Virus record (IMG/VR): IMGVR_UViG_3300009159_000088
Coordinates: 1-53,286 of that record
DNA: 53,286 nt
DNA from: a virus
Lineage: Duplodnaviria > Caudoviricetes
Direction: 5' to 3' (one strand)
The notes under the pieces are model-generated. The model made no database searches, was not told the origin of the DNA, and saw nothing but the letters and a program-made list of their open reading frames with translations. Positions 45,001-53,286 of the stretch are shown here, one piece after another. Positions within the stretch are counted from its first letter, which is position 1. Every line of letters begins with the position of its first letter. The translations under genes and the position numbers were made by a program.

Positions 45001-45090
45001 CGTGCATTTGCAATTAAAATTGTATTTACCGCGTCGAATTCAGCTCGGGTACCAACGATCCGCGAATTTAGAGCGATTGCTGTTACCTAA
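39040..45090 (+). CDS. large virion structural protein (DUF4815 / VrlC-like)
   Basis: PYYDDF...RILFKPGYSVQARELTQLQ, APGADRY, RTFEESGNY, NKRYTMRDIGKIEKR...LEYYT, DPLAQSF, LFKSQNASTW, FRAIA end. Confidence 0.85.
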   Translation: MPLKVFPLAPYYDDFNQEKNYQRILFKPGYSVQARELTQLQTSIQAQIDRFGRHVFKEGSSVIGGEASLDSSFAFIKIESDFQLGSDTYNSEERSANKNFVGRTLTGKYTGITAVVIDSAPYVDDSNPLTLYVHYKTSNTNATGNAVGVDKTFYAGEIIEVGQTPSEVGEVQDLIKVKPANTNPIGKGTRVTVTEGVFFVSGNFVHTPQNSVILSRYNSFGSGRIVYSVTEGIVTAGSGANNSLFDNSQGTPNEAAPGADRYQISLDLQVQDYQFKDRTENNIIQLMVVKDGRVISKARTEYSVLADVLAQRTFEESGNYTVRPFQAAIRQYLNANNNGGLYTAEQIQSLVPAFNRGSLSAAAYGEKRLAFGLEPSTAYVNGYRVELLDTKYVEIPKARETATFQDAGFNAVVGNYVTVQLTGTGYPDIKTFTEFNLKNSSSVTIGTASARAIERDGSNYRLYLFNVKMVAGSFFENVRKFGDFATTSTALTFNDVTNNSLVFKLPFDVVDHVEDVSHSILKQYSPVRSVNVLTLTTDVGETLDFEDDPIVIDGSGAAVSVDDFTTNASSKTITLTTTPDSNTYQVYAKTRVTNSSANATAKTKTLTEVTKSLSLATFTFNSGNRDQNIPLGQTDLFKIISIEETISLTSTKDITNDFIVDNGQRDNFYDEAKIRLKRTANLPVGPLAIKFQYFAHGSGSFFTRNSYSANVGLGFDGYSQIPVFQSTKGLIQLRDAIDFRPSLNVLTPTTFTGKMIDPNSLITADIRYYLSRADKIYVDKNGNFGYVEGISSISPVLPEDPKDAMVLYTVRLNAFTFNSDDIIPTMIDNKRYTMRDIGKIEKRVAKLEYYTALSLLEKDTNDRDIRDDNGVSRFKNGFIVDAFHGHSIGAVTHPDYRCSIDKANGRLRPSFKQDNVRLKWNKTSQSTYHVRQSSSLITLDYTQQAIIQQPYASIAENVNPYNVFTWIGDMTLSPESDEWKETKRRPEVVIDQSGTYDSLKFGLDESSVIGTVWNDWQTNWTGVVDQSAVTNVDNDYNSYKQTSTTTLTTTTRKEQARTGIRTSVVPDTVTTQLGDRTVEINFVPFIRSRKIFFKAEGLKPLTRLHAFFDNTPVNQFVKSEAFQFYSERTDSTDYSNKTNHPDYVTTDVLMTDASGRVSGSFVIPVNNSIKFKTGVRMFSLSDDSTNNKLKQSTGAQAAYDARGVIETKENLVVSTRVPRIRREETGENRTIVDSSKETSAAEANLPRPPLPPTTIVKPTLPPLIIPSIPPTGVFKADFQAHNSTGGLSVSFNGDSSGNIIRDISFNGGISFPIVAVPMDASSPIQHPNGPYEFWYWQVNSGNIQIGSGLESDKYVANTVVRIQSAGLNVITAIFRLTGVPYVEPTIIDPEIVSCGPDPVVQPPGGWYPINQWPWIKYGVGAPDQVVDPVVDIGPIPASVQEEWVELPEEYISEITPPDPIIVETAPEESLVDDEYVQTGEPDAPITIEAAEDPWQWSVEQGFRPEVCWKDPLAQSFIIDMPGGAFITSLDLYFKSKDGNVPITLEMRVMENGIPTPRVVPFSTVKAYPADISISGNATAATRFNFEAPVYLLQNVEYCFVLISNSDQYEVWVSEIGGFDVTNPAFRITSQPYIGVLFKSQNASTWTPDQTKDIKFNLNRAVFYSSGKVELNEVPLPSEELNENPLFTTSGSPNVIVSHRNHGHVNGSNVLISGATAVGGFTATVLNATHVVSDVEADSYRITMATNATATLIGGGAAVTASGNKMFDVLNPIIQSVVLPGTDLYWKVKTTSGKSLAGSETFGTISGESFIQPNDATFFNSPQVILSNTEKTRLNSSANPSFSLTGEFVSLRNNLSPVIDLDRLSLITVSNRIDNPVASTETNHNVVRNYVAETSATGGSALAKYITRKVELNNDANSLRVFFLANRPSGTDIELYYKVQDQGTDVDFEALGWVKAEPISPIPINDNVNDYSEIEYDVTETDITTDNFRAFAIKIVFTASNSARVPTIREFRAIAVT

Positions 45091-45308
45091 TGCAAATATC
45101 TCCTTCAATAAAAGCCGCAGTTATCGACAATCCCACACTTGAACGGGATATGTCATCAAAGGCCATAATAAATAAGAATAACACTGAATACGAAAAAAGA
45201 ATTGCTTTTAAAAATTTAACTGCCAAAAGAAAAAAAGAACTAGAAGATCTAAAAGGAGAAGTAGCAAATTTGAAAGAACTTGTTCAATCTCTTATAGCTT
45301 CTCGATAA
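45090..45308 (+). CDS. small coiled-coil protein
   Basis: LERDMSSKAIIN...LKGEVANLKELV; TAATG coupling. Confidence 0.75.
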   Translation: MQISPSIKAAVIDNPTLERDMSSKAIINKNNTEYEKRIAFKNLTAKRKKELEDLKGEVANLKELVQSLIASR

Positions 45309-45320
45309 AATAATTTTAAT

Positions 45321-48044
45321 ATGCCTACCGAAGTCGAACGTACAGATACATTTGAAACATGGCGCCAAAAGAGTAATGCCATTTCTGCTGACCTTGGCAC
45401 GACTGCCCAGTTGCCTTCCGACCTGGTCCTGAAAACGATCACCCTTGCTGAAACTGGTAACTACACAGCAACTCAAACCGTTACAGGTTCACATTCCGGA
45501 TCGACTGCGACCGTTGTTTCGATTGATGGTACTGTTCTTACAGTTAAAAATGTATCGGGTAATTTCATTGATCGAAGCGTTCAAAAATCAACTCTAATAA
45601 TCGAGCTTTCGGGTTCTTCCAGTGTATACACTCCCGTTGCATTGGGTGTTGGTGGCCTTATTACGGGTACTGATTCATCTGGTACAAGCGGCAATGGCGC
45701 ATCCGGAGCAACAGCAAAGGTATTTTCGTGTACCGTTGTTACAGGTACCTTTATTAAATTAGTTGTATATGATATTACTGGATCGTTTAAACCAGGAACG
45801 GATTACATCAGTCAAGGGTCGACTAGATTTCTTTTAAAACAAATTGTTTTAAATGATGCATCCGATAATGGAGAAAATATTGTTCAATCGGTGAGTGTTT
45901 CAAAAGAAATTGTTCGTTTTAATCATGATGTAATTACTGCATTGAGCGAGATTAAGGACGGAGACACAACATTTAATGGCATTAAAACATTTGCCGATGA
46001 TGCAATTTTTCAGGATAATGTTACGATCAATGATAATCTTACCGTTGATACAAATACATTGTTTGTTGATTCGACAAATAATAGAGTTGGTATTGGAACA
46101 CTTACTCCCACAAAAACTCTTCATGTTCAAGGAACTCTAAGAGTAACCGGCGATGTTACATTTGATACTCCTATTCCACTTGATACCCAAACAAGCGGAA
46201 ATTATGTGGCAACTGTTACTGCTGGAGGCGGTATTTCAGTATCAGGATCTGGAACAGAAACTGCAGCAGTAACTGTTGAGCATTCTGATACATCTTCTGT
46301 TGCAAATTTAACTGCGGTGAGTCGCACTTACGTTACGGCTCTTGGTTTTGATACCTACGGACACGTTATTAATTATTCGACTGGAACAGAAACAACACCG
46401 TTGCAAGGCGTCCAGGGTATCCAGGGTATCCAAGGCACACAAGGTACTACTGGTACCGGAACTCAAGGCGTCCAAGGTGTTCAAGGTACAGTTGGTTCTC
46501 AGGGTATCCAAGGTATTCAAGGTGCATCGGGAAGCGGCGGAGCAGGCAGCGGAGCTCAAGGCATCCAAGGTATTCAAGGCATCCAAGGCACACAAGGTAC
46601 TACTGGTACCGGAACTCAAGGCATCCAAGGTACACTTGGTTCTCAGGGTATTCAAGGTTCTACTGGCGCTGGAACTCAGGGTACTCAAGGTATTCAAGGT
46701 ATTCAAGGGCAAATAGGACCCGGCGGCGGAGCTCAAGGTACTCAAGGTACACAAGGTGAACAAGGTATTCAAGGGAATACCGGAACTCAAGGTACTACTG
46801 GTGCCGGAACTCAAGGTGCTACTGGTACCGGAACTCAAGGTACTCAAGGTGCATCGGGAACCGGTAGCGGAGGAAGCGGTGCTCAAGGCGCTCAAGGCGT
46901 ACAGGGTATCCAGGGTATTCAAGGTATTACTGGTGCTCAAGGTATTCAAGGTATTACTGGTGCTCAAGGTATTCAAGGTGGTTTTGCAAATCTTACGGGC
47001 TTTATTGAATCCGCCACCGGAGCAGTTTCTACGCTTTCAGCTAATGGTAGACCGGTTCTTACAAACTTGGTCGCACCGGGAGATATGAATACTCTTGCGG
47101 GTACATTTAATATTTTTGCGGCAGGTTCCGGAAATGGTCATCTTGCATATTCGGTTTTATCGCAACCTGCAATAGGGAATGGAGCAGTGACTGGTACCGG
47201 TAATGGTAGTGGATCTGCGCTAACATTTCATAGCAATCAGGTAACCGGAAGTCCACAAAGAGTCTGGGGAACAACTAACGGCTCGCATTTCGAACTTTAC
47301 GAACCAAGCGGTATTCAAGGTACAGCAGGTGCTGATGGTAACGATGGTGCTCCTGGTGCTGATGGTAACGATGGTGCTCCTGGTGCGGATGGTCCGACTG
47401 GTCCAACTGGTGCTCCTGGTGCCGATGGTAATGATGGTGCTCCTGGCGCGGATGGTCCAACTGGTCCAACTGGTCCAACTGGTGCTCCTGGTGCCGATGG
47501 TAATGATGGTGCTCCTGGCGCGGATGGTCCAACCGGTCCAACTGGTGCTCCTGGTGCCGATGGTAATGATGGTGCTCCTGGTGCCGATGGTCCAACTGGT
47601 CCAACTGGTGCTCCTGGTTCTGATGGTCCAACTGGTCCAACTGGTGCTCCTGGCGATGCTGGTCCAACTGGTCCAACTGGTGGACCTGGTCCAACTGGTG
47701 CTCCTGGTGCCGATGGTCCAACCGGTCCAACTGGTCCAACTGGTGGACCTGGTCCAACTGGTGCTCCTGGCGATGCTGGTCCAACTGGTCCAACTGGTGC
47801 TCCTGGTTCTGATGGTCCAACTGGTCCAACTGGTGCTCCTGGTTCTGATGGTCCAACTGGTGCTCCTGGCGATGCTGGTCCAACTGGTCCAACTGGTGCT
47901 CCTGGTGCCGATGGTGGAACTGGTCCAACTGGTCCAACTGGTCCTTCTGGCGTTATAGCATTAGAAAGCATTAGTGGTTATAATTCTGGCGTCAATCAAT
48001 ATTTAAGAAATACTGCCGGCACATTTGAATGGGTAAACGAATAA
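45321..48044 (+). CDS. collagen-like tail or virion fibre protein
   Basis: [13 protein letters not shown]-terminus; [22 protein letters not shown]; two long G-X-Y blocks. Confidence 0.88.
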   Translation: MPTEVERTDTFETWRQKSNAISADLGTTAQLPSDLVLKTITLAETGNYTATQTVTGSHSGSTATVVSIDGTVLTVKNVSGNFIDRSVQKSTLIIELSGSSSVYTPVALGVGGLITGTDSSGTSGNGASGATAKVFSCTVVTGTFIKLVVYDITGSFKPGTDYISQGSTRFLLKQIVLNDASDNGENIVQSVSVSKEIVRFNHDVITALSEIKDGDTTFNGIKTFADDAIFQDNVTINDNLTVDTNTLFVDSTNNRVGIGTLTPTKTLHVQGTLRVTGDVTFDTPIPLDTQTSGNYVATVTAGGGISVSGSGTETAAVTVEHSDTSSVANLTAVSRTYVTALGFDTYGHVINYSTGTETTPLQGVQGIQGIQGTQGTTGTGTQGVQGVQGTVGSQGIQGIQGASGSGGAGSGAQGIQGIQGIQGTQGTTGTGTQGIQGTLGSQGIQGSTGAGTQGTQGIQGIQGQIGPGGGAQGTQGTQGEQGIQGNTGTQGTTGAGTQGATGTGTQGTQGASGTGSGGSGAQGAQGVQGIQGIQGITGAQGIQGITGAQGIQGGFANLTGFIESATGAVSTLSANGRPVLTNLVAPGDMNTLAGTFNIFAAGSGNGHLAYSVLSQPAIGNGAVTGTGNGSGSALTFHSNQVTGSPQRVWGTTNGSHFELYEPSGIQGTAGADGNDGAPGADGNDGAPGADGPTGPTGAPGADGNDGAPGADGPTGPTGPTGAPGADGNDGAPGADGPTGPTGAPGADGNDGAPGADGPTGPTGAPGSDGPTGPTGAPGDAGPTGPTGGPGPTGAPGADGPTGPTGPTGGPGPTGAPGDAGPTGPTGAPGSDGPTGPTGAPGSDGPTGAPGDAGPTGPTGAPGADGGTGPTGPTGPSGVIALESISGYNSGVNQYLRNTAGTFEWVNE
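46404..46982 (+). repeat. collagen-like G-X-Q repeat block
   Basis: caaggt/caaggc 9-bp units encoding QGI/QGT/QGA. Confidence 0.9.
47319..47952 (+). repeat. collagen-like GPT/GAP/GAD repeat block
   Basis: ggtccaact / ggtgctcct / ggtgccgat units with higher-order repeats. Confidence 0.92.
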
Positions 48045-48064
48045 ACCAATCAATTTAATTAAAT

Positions 48065-48072
48065 TATAAATA
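48065..48072 (+). promoter_or_regulatory. T4-type late promoter
   Basis: TATAAATA, 9 nt upstream of ATG 48082. Confidence 0.8.
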
Positions 48073-48081
48073 AGAAGATTC

Positions 48082-48417
48082 ATGGCTGTATTCGCAAACA
48101 TTTCCGTCGACCAAGGTTCATCTTTTACATCGATTATTGTCGTTGAAGGAGTTGAGGGTCTTATTGTGAATTTAGAAAATTACACGGTAAGAGGACAAAT
48201 TCGCAAAACATATGCGTCATTGACGGCAGTTAATTTTACTGCGGAGATTATATCTGAAGATTCTGGTGAAATTGAAATTTCATTAACAGCCGCTCAAACA
48301 CGAGCAATGAAGCCTGGACGATACGTTTACGACGTTGAAGTTATCGACGACACGAACATTGTGACAAGAGTCGTAGAAGGACAACTCGAAATTAACCCAG
48401 CAGTCACTCGGCCGTAA
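48082..48417 (+). CDS. small virion structural protein (BppU-like adaptor)
   Basis: ANISVDQGSSF, GQIRKTY, ISLTAAQT, GRYVYDVE, RVVEG. Confidence 0.75.
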   Translation: MAVFANISVDQGSSFTSIIVVEGVEGLIVNLENYTVRGQIRKTYASLTAVNFTAEIISEDSGEIEISLTAAQTRAMKPGRYVYDVEVIDDTNIVTRVVEGQLEINPAVTRP

Positions 48418-48432
48418 TTACACTCTAATCAA

Positions 48433-48645
48433 ATGCCTACTCAACAAAGAATTCGATCTGGTAATCGTATCCAAGCAAAAGTTGTAGCTCTTGGTAAACC
48501 AACTACTCTTGCTCAATTTTCCGATCTTGATCTAACGGATGTGAGAGACGGAGCAATACTCATTTATGATGCAGCTCGCCAAAAGTTTGTTGCAAGAAAC
48601 GAAATAAGAAACTCCAATATTACTATTGACGGCGGCACATATTAA
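48433..48645 (+). CDS. small fibre-associated protein
   Basis: DGAILIYDA; ends in IDGGTY. Confidence 0.7.
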   Translation: MPTQQRIRSGNRIQAKVVALGKPTTLAQFSDLDLTDVRDGAILIYDAARQKFVARNEIRNSNITIDGGTY

Positions 48646-48654
48646 GAATTCTTT

Positions 48655-49158
48655 ATGGCCACTGAAACAATTGTAAAACATCGGACAAGTTCAACACCGG
48701 GTGCTGTTCCGAATACAACGGATTTAACTCTTGGTGAATTGGCGATTAATGATGCGGACGGGTTCGTATTTTTACGCAGAACAGATTCCGTCCAATCGGT
48801 CGATGAGATTGTTAGACTTCGCGCTTCTCCTGTTCTTGGTTCCGGAGATAATTTTGTTTTCAATAAGATTCTAGTTTCAAGTGCGGGAAATCAACTTGTC
48901 GACAGTGTTTTAGCCACAGAGTATCGCACTGTAAAATATGTAATTCAATTTACTTACGCTGGAAATTTTCAGTCGACCGAATTACTTTTACTTCATGATG
49001 GCAGTTCGGTTTATTTGACGGAATATGCAATAATTCAAACGAACATGAATCTAGGAAACATCACAGCCGTCGTTGAAAGTGGATTGGTTAAATTATTAGT
49101 TACTCCTACATTTCCAAATACAACAGTTAAAGGAGTACGCGCAGCTATAAAACTTTAG
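48655..49158 (+). CDS. fibre-associated structural protein
   Basis: RTSSTPGAVP...LTLGELAINDADG; YRTVKYVIQ...ELLLLHDG..VYLTEYA. Confidence 0.75.
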   Translation: MATETIVKHRTSSTPGAVPNTTDLTLGELAINDADGFVFLRRTDSVQSVDEIVRLRASPVLGSGDNFVFNKILVSSAGNQLVDSVLATEYRTVKYVIQFTYAGNFQSTELLLLHDGSSVYLTEYAIIQTNMNLGNITAVVESGLVKLLVTPTFPNTTVKGVRAAIKL

Positions 49159-49160
49159 TG

Positions 49161-49188
49161 TTTACTTTTATAAATAACAGTGTATTAT
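49161..49188 (+). promoter_or_regulatory. nested early and late promoter
   Basis: TTTACT-N16-TATTAT with TATAAATA (49169-49176) inside the spacer. Confidence 0.7.
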
Positions 49189-49213
49189 AACATACTAACT
49201 TATTCTATAATTT

Positions 49214-50212
49214 ATGAAAAACTTTGTGAAACTTGCATTGCAAAATGGTGGAGCTATTAAGCCGTTAATTGTTCCAGCAAACCTTACGAAAGGTACGGGT
49301 CTGATGAACCCGTCTATTTTTAATGATGGAGGTAAACTTAAGGTTGTAATTCGGCACGTAAATTACACTTTTTACCATTCTGAAAACAAACTGTTTTTGC
49401 ATCCATGGGGTCCACTCACATATTTGCATCCCGAAAATGACATGCATCTTCGGACGGTCAATTATTATGGAGAATTAGATAATTCACGTGATCTAAACCT
49501 CAATCGTATTACAAAAATCGACATGAGCTTTGGAGATACCTATGAGCCCAAGTGGGAATTTGTGGGTCTTGAAGATGCACGACTTGTGCGATGGGATGAT
49601 AAGCTGTTCATCACTGGTGTTCGTCGTGATACAACCACGAATGGTCAGGGTCGCATGGAACTTTCTGAAATCGTTGTTACGGAAGATGCAGTAAAAGAAG
49701 TTTCAAGGTTCCGTATTCCAACTCCGGTTGATCCAAAATCATACTGCGAAAAGAATTGGATGCCAGTTCTGGACAAGCCGTTTCATTACATTAAATGGTG
49801 TACGCCAACTGAAATTGTAAAGGCAGATCCAGTCGCGCAAACCTGTGAAAGAGTGATCATGACGGATAATAATCCAAATATTCGTCGCGATTTGCGCGGT
49901 GGAACTCAGGCAGTAAAGATTGGCAATCAATATATTGCAATTACTCATGAAGTAAATCTATTTAAATCCGATGTTGGTCGTAAGGATGCGGTGTATTATC
50001 ACCGTTGGGTTGTATGGGATGAGAATTGGAACATCATCAAATACTCAAATGATTTTTTCTTTCTTGATGCTCAGGTTGAATTTGCAATTGGATTATGCTT
50101 AATCGACGACAAAGATGTTGCGATTACCTTTGGTTTTCAAGATAATGCCGCATATGTTATGCGTTGCCCTATTTCTACAATTATGAAGTTTATTGAGGAG
50201 AACAACACATGA
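49214..50212 (+). CDS. five-bladed beta-propeller glycosidase/glycosyltransferase-like protein (GH130/DUF377-like)
   Basis: MNPSIF, GLEDARLV, CEKNWMP, LRGGTQ, VEFAIGL, FGFQD. Confidence 0.7.
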   Translation: MKNFVKLALQNGGAIKPLIVPANLTKGTGLMNPSIFNDGGKLKVVIRHVNYTFYHSENKLFLHPWGPLTYLHPENDMHLRTVNYYGELDNSRDLNLNRITKIDMSFGDTYEPKWEFVGLEDARLVRWDDKLFITGVRRDTTTNGQGRMELSEIVVTEDAVKEVSRFRIPTPVDPKSYCEKNWMPVLDKPFHYIKWCTPTEIVKADPVAQTCERVIMTDNNPNIRRDLRGGTQAVKIGNQYIAITHEVNLFKSDVGRKDAVYYHRWVVWDENWNIIKYSNDFFFLDAQVEFAIGLCLIDDKDVAITFGFQDNAAYVMRCPISTIMKFIEENNT

Positions 50213-51387
50213 ACCGCACAACAATCATTAATTATTTAATTGCTCGCCGTCAAGCAAAATCCTATCTTGAAATAGGAATATGGAACGGAGTCAATTTTGA
50301 CAATATTGCCTGCTCAAATCGTACTGGTGTTGATCCATCATGGAGATTACCAAAACGTAAAGATATTCTGGCAATGAGCTCCGATGATTTCTTTAAACAA
50401 AATAAGGAAAAATTCGATGTTATTTTTATTGATGGGCTTCATCATGCCGATCAGGTACTAAAGGATTTAGTAAATGCAATGGATTGCTTGAATCCAGATG
50501 GATATATCGTGTGCCATGATATGAATCCTCTATCAAGAATCGCTCAGCAAATTCCATATTCCGGAAAAGGAGAATGGAATGGTGATTGTTGGAAAGCCTT
50601 CGTTGAATTCCGAAAGCTGCACGATGGTACTCATGACTTTAAAGTCATCAATACTGATCACGGTTGCGGTATTATTACTCCAAGAAAGACCGTTAAGGAA
50701 AATACTTTTGTTGTCACAGAAGAGCTTACATATGAAAACCTTGTTGCAAATCGTCAGGCTTGGTTAAATCTTATTGATTTTGAAACATGGTCGAAAGATG
50801 TTAGCTTTGATGAAATGATGAACGCTTATGTTGGCAACCCGTCGGAGCAATACAACAATTACGTATTGGCTTTGTGGTACGATCAGAATGAGCAAACTGC
50901 TTCCGCAATTTCTTATTATATTCGCGCAGCAGAGCGCAGTACGGAATTGACGCATCAGTATGAGTGTTTAATTCGAGCAGCTCTTTGTTTTCAAAGACAA
51001 GGTACTCGTGGCTTATCCGTTCGTGGTTTGCTGCAGAGAGCGATTTCGATTTTACCAAAACGTCCTGAAGCATATTTTCTTCTTGCACGTTATCATGAAA
51101 GAGAAAGTACCGTTGAAAGCTGGGTCAACTGCTACACGTATGCATCGATGGGTCTCGAAGTTTGTGATTTTCAAACTTGCCCTCCTCTGCGCACTTGGGT
51201 TGAATATCCCGGATATTACGGAATGCTTTTTGAAAAAGCTGTAAGCTCATGGTGGGTTGGTTTGTGCGAAGATTCAAAAAATATGTTTGTGAATCTTTAC
51301 AAAAACTATCAATGGATCAATGACGGTTATAGAAACTCTGTAATTAACAATCTTAAATTCATGAAGGTTAATACAGATACACTATGA
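50209..51387 (+). CDS. class I SAM methyltransferase (Methyltransf_24-like) fused to a TPR-like domain
   Basis: YLEIGIWNG, GVDP, FDVIFIDGLHH, IVCHD; C-terminal AISILPKRPEAYFLLAR. Confidence 0.85.
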   Translation: MNRTTIINYLIARRQAKSYLEIGIWNGVNFDNIACSNRTGVDPSWRLPKRKDILAMSSDDFFKQNKEKFDVIFIDGLHHADQVLKDLVNAMDCLNPDGYIVCHDMNPLSRIAQQIPYSGKGEWNGDCWKAFVEFRKLHDGTHDFKVINTDHGCGIITPRKTVKENTFVVTEELTYENLVANRQAWLNLIDFETWSKDVSFDEMMNAYVGNPSEQYNNYVLALWYDQNEQTASAISYYIRAAERSTELTHQYECLIRAALCFQRQGTRGLSVRGLLQRAISILPKRPEAYFLLARYHERESTVESWVNCYTYASMGLEVCDFQTCPPLRTWVEYPGYYGMLFEKAVSSWWVGLCEDSKNMFVNLYKNYQWINDGYRNSVINNLKFMKVNTDTL

Positions 51388-52931
51388 GTAAATTAGAAAA
51401 TTTCCCAGAAGTATATTGGCTAACACTATCAGATCAACCGGATCGTCATAAATGTATTGAACAGCAATTCCAAAAGTATGGTATTGAAAAACATACAAGA
51501 TTTAATGGGTATGACGGACGCATTTTAGATTACCGCACTCAACCGGATATTGTAACCGGTAGTTATTTTAACATTATTAAATCAACCGATATTGCCTGCG
51601 CAATGGGGCATCTGTCGATGATTAAACAGTGGTATGATAATTCGACGAGCGAGGTTGCTATGTTTTTGGAAGATGATGTGAATCTTGAAAACTGCGAAAA
51701 CTGGAGTTTTACATGGTCTGAATTTTTTAATGCGCTTCCTTCTGATTGGAAAAATGTTCAGCTGGCACAGATTCGTTCGGATGAAATTAGTGATATTGGT
51801 TTTCGCCCTCGGATTCCGTCGGATTGGTGCGTCACAGCATATATTCTAAAGCGGTCATACGCCAAAGAATTAATCGACGATTATTTCGTTGATGGAAAAT
51901 TTCGTTTAATCGTCCAAAAGGATAAACTATCACAGCCTATTGTTGAAAATCTTATCTACTTTCCAGCCGAGCCAAAATCATACAGTATTCCTCTTTTTAC
52001 AGAAAAGAACATTTTCTCTTCAACGTTTTACAGTAACGACAAAAAGAAAGTAAAAGAGTACAATGCTCTTTCGGAAAAGTATGTTACAACTTGGTGGCAA
52101 CAAAATGGAGCTAAATCAAGCCTTACGTCTATTATGACCAAGCCGGCTCCAATTCCAATGATTCCGATGATTGGAACTGCGGTTGTTACAAATACAAAAT
52201 GGGTAAAGCGTCTTGTCGAAAGCGTTGATTTCCCGGTAAAAGAATTTTGCATTATCAATAACAACGGCAGAGGAGAAATTGATGCTGAATTGGATGCTAT
52301 TGCGCAAACACCACACACCTTTATTCGCAAAATAAAGGTCGTTCATATGCCATCTAATCTTGGAGTTCCGGGTTCCTGGAATTTAATGATTAAATCGTAT
52401 ATGAAGGCGCCTTACTGGATCATTGTGAATGACGATGTCGCCTTTGGCGAAGGGTTCTTAGCCGAGATGCATTGCATGACAATGCGCGATCCATCATTTG
52501 GAATAATCCACGGATTTCAAGGAGACCATAATGTTGGAAGCTGGGATTTGTTTTTACTACGCGATCATGTAGTGGCTGATTATGGTCTTTTCGATGAAAA
52601 CCTTTATCCAGCATACAACGAGGATTCCGATTATTTTCTAAGGTTCGTGCATAAACCCATTCGGAAAGTAATGAATCTTAATACCGACTATTATCACGGA
52701 GATGGTAAGAAAAACGAATACCACACTCACGGGCGTCAAACCTCTAAAAGCGATCCAATTTTAAGAAAAAAGTTGGAAGAGGTGAATCTAATGAATATCG
52801 ACTATTTAACGCATAAATGGGGTAGAACCTGGAGGTGGTGCGCTCCTACTGAATTGCCGTTTAATGACAAGCCGATTGGGTATACAACATATGATCTAAG
52901 ATTTGTCAGACAAAAGCATTTAGGCTTCTAA
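51384..52931 (+). CDS. bifunctional glycosyltransferase (GT25-like plus GT2-like)
   Basis: N-half: DRH, DIACAMGHL, FLEDDV, AYIL; C-half: IINNNG, NLGVPGSWN, IVNDDV, GLFDENLYPAYNEDSDY. Confidence 0.85.
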   Translation: MSKLENFPEVYWLTLSDQPDRHKCIEQQFQKYGIEKHTRFNGYDGRILDYRTQPDIVTGSYFNIIKSTDIACAMGHLSMIKQWYDNSTSEVAMFLEDDVNLENCENWSFTWSEFFNALPSDWKNVQLAQIRSDEISDIGFRPRIPSDWCVTAYILKRSYAKELIDDYFVDGKFRLIVQKDKLSQPIVENLIYFPAEPKSYSIPLFTEKNIFSSTFYSNDKKKVKEYNALSEKYVTTWWQQNGAKSSLTSIMTKPAPIPMIPMIGTAVVTNTKWVKRLVESVDFPVKEFCIINNNGRGEIDAELDAIAQTPHTFIRKIKVVHMPSNLGVPGSWNLMIKSYMKAPYWIIVNDDVAFGEGFLAEMHCMTMRDPSFGIIHGFQGDHNVGSWDLFLLRDHVVADYGLFDENLYPAYNEDSDYFLRFVHKPIRKVMNLNTDYYHGDGKKNEYHTHGRQTSKSDPILRKKLEEVNLMNIDYLTHKWGRTWRWCAPTELPFNDKPIGYTTYDLRFVRQKHLGF

Positions 52932-52937
52932 AAAACA

Positions 52938-52945
52938 TATAAATA
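52938..52945 (+). promoter_or_regulatory. T4-type late promoter
   Basis: TATAAATA upstream of ATG 52982. Confidence 0.8.
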
Positions 52946-52981
52946 TCAAATTCACATATTCTGTGGATATAAGGAAACAGA

Positions 52982-53286
52982 ATGTCAATCGATAAAAATT
53001 TTAAAGTTAAAAACGGCCTAGATGTAGGCGGCAACGCACTTATAACCGGAACACTTGCTGTTCAGGGTATCCAAAGTGTACAGGGTATTACGCGCTATCT
53101 GGTCTCGGACTCGGATGGTCGTGTTTTTTATCAGGTCGTTGAAAACGTAGCAGCCGCTCAAGGCGCTCAGGGTATCCAGGGTATCACTGGTGCTCAGGGT
53201 ATCACTGGTGCTCAGGGTATCACTGGTGCTCAGGGTATCACTGGTGCTCAGGGTATCACTGGTGCTCAGGGTATCACTGGTGCTCA
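52982..53286 (+). CDS. collagen-like fibre protein (5' part, truncated by window end)
   Basis: MSIDKNFKVKNGL...[20 protein letters not shown]; open to the end of the window. Confidence 0.85.
   Translation, partial: MSIDKNFKVKNGLDVGGNALITGTLAVQGIQSVQGITRYLVSDSDGRVFYQVVENVAAAQGAQGIQGITGAQGITGAQGITGAQGITGAQGITGAQGITGA
53177..53286 (+). repeat. perfect 18-bp tandem repeat (about 6 copies, runs off the window)
   Basis: cagggtatcactggtgct encoding QGITGA. Confidence 0.95.

Noticed and set aside
46308-47971. Long alternative-frame and antisense ORFs (46308-46976, 46342-46716, 47275-47937, 47315-47971, 47329-47958)
   Set aside because: Shadows of the stop-free collagen repeats in the fibre gene
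53177-53286. Tandem repeats as a possible CRISPR array
   Set aside because: No unique spacers; in-frame coding repeats (QGITGA). No CRISPR array was seen anywhere in the window
1-53286. Stop-codon reassignment, introns/inteins, diversity-generating retroelement, integrase or transposase
   Set aside because: Core genes are full length in the standard code and end at TAA, TAG or TGA; no homing endonuclease, intein, reverse transcriptase or recombinase motifs were recognised by eye

Overview
A 53-kb segment of a large T4-like (myovirus) bacteriophage genome, read in the standard genetic code. 1-5.5 kb: small early-type ORFs and an ATP-dependent DNA ligase. 5.5-14.6 kb: an accessory cell-envelope region with a late-promoter-driven lipoprotein of u-spanin-like topology and a tightly coupled operon encoding two paralogous small membrane proteins, CsgF-like, CsgG, a secreted curlin-like repeat protein, a FecR-domain protein and a CHASE2 class III adenylyl cyclase, followed by a secreted lysozyme-fold enzyme. 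14.6-19.9 kb: a candidate structured ncRNA, then gp33, gp59 and gp32. 19.9-45 kb: tail and baseplate module (tape measure, gp51, gp26, gp54, gp2, gp4, gp48, gp53, hub, gp5, gp25, gp6, gp7, gp8, large DUF4815-like virion protein). 45-53 kb: collagen-like fibre genes flanking a glycosylation cluster. The main leads are the phage-borne curli-secretion/FecR/cAMP trans-envelope module, a probable -1 frameshift fusing gp26 to gp51 upstream of the tape measure gene, a family of early promoters with a fixed-position upstream palindrome, widespread near-leaderless genes and two candidate small RNAs. All product calls come from motif recognition and gene order; no database searches were run.
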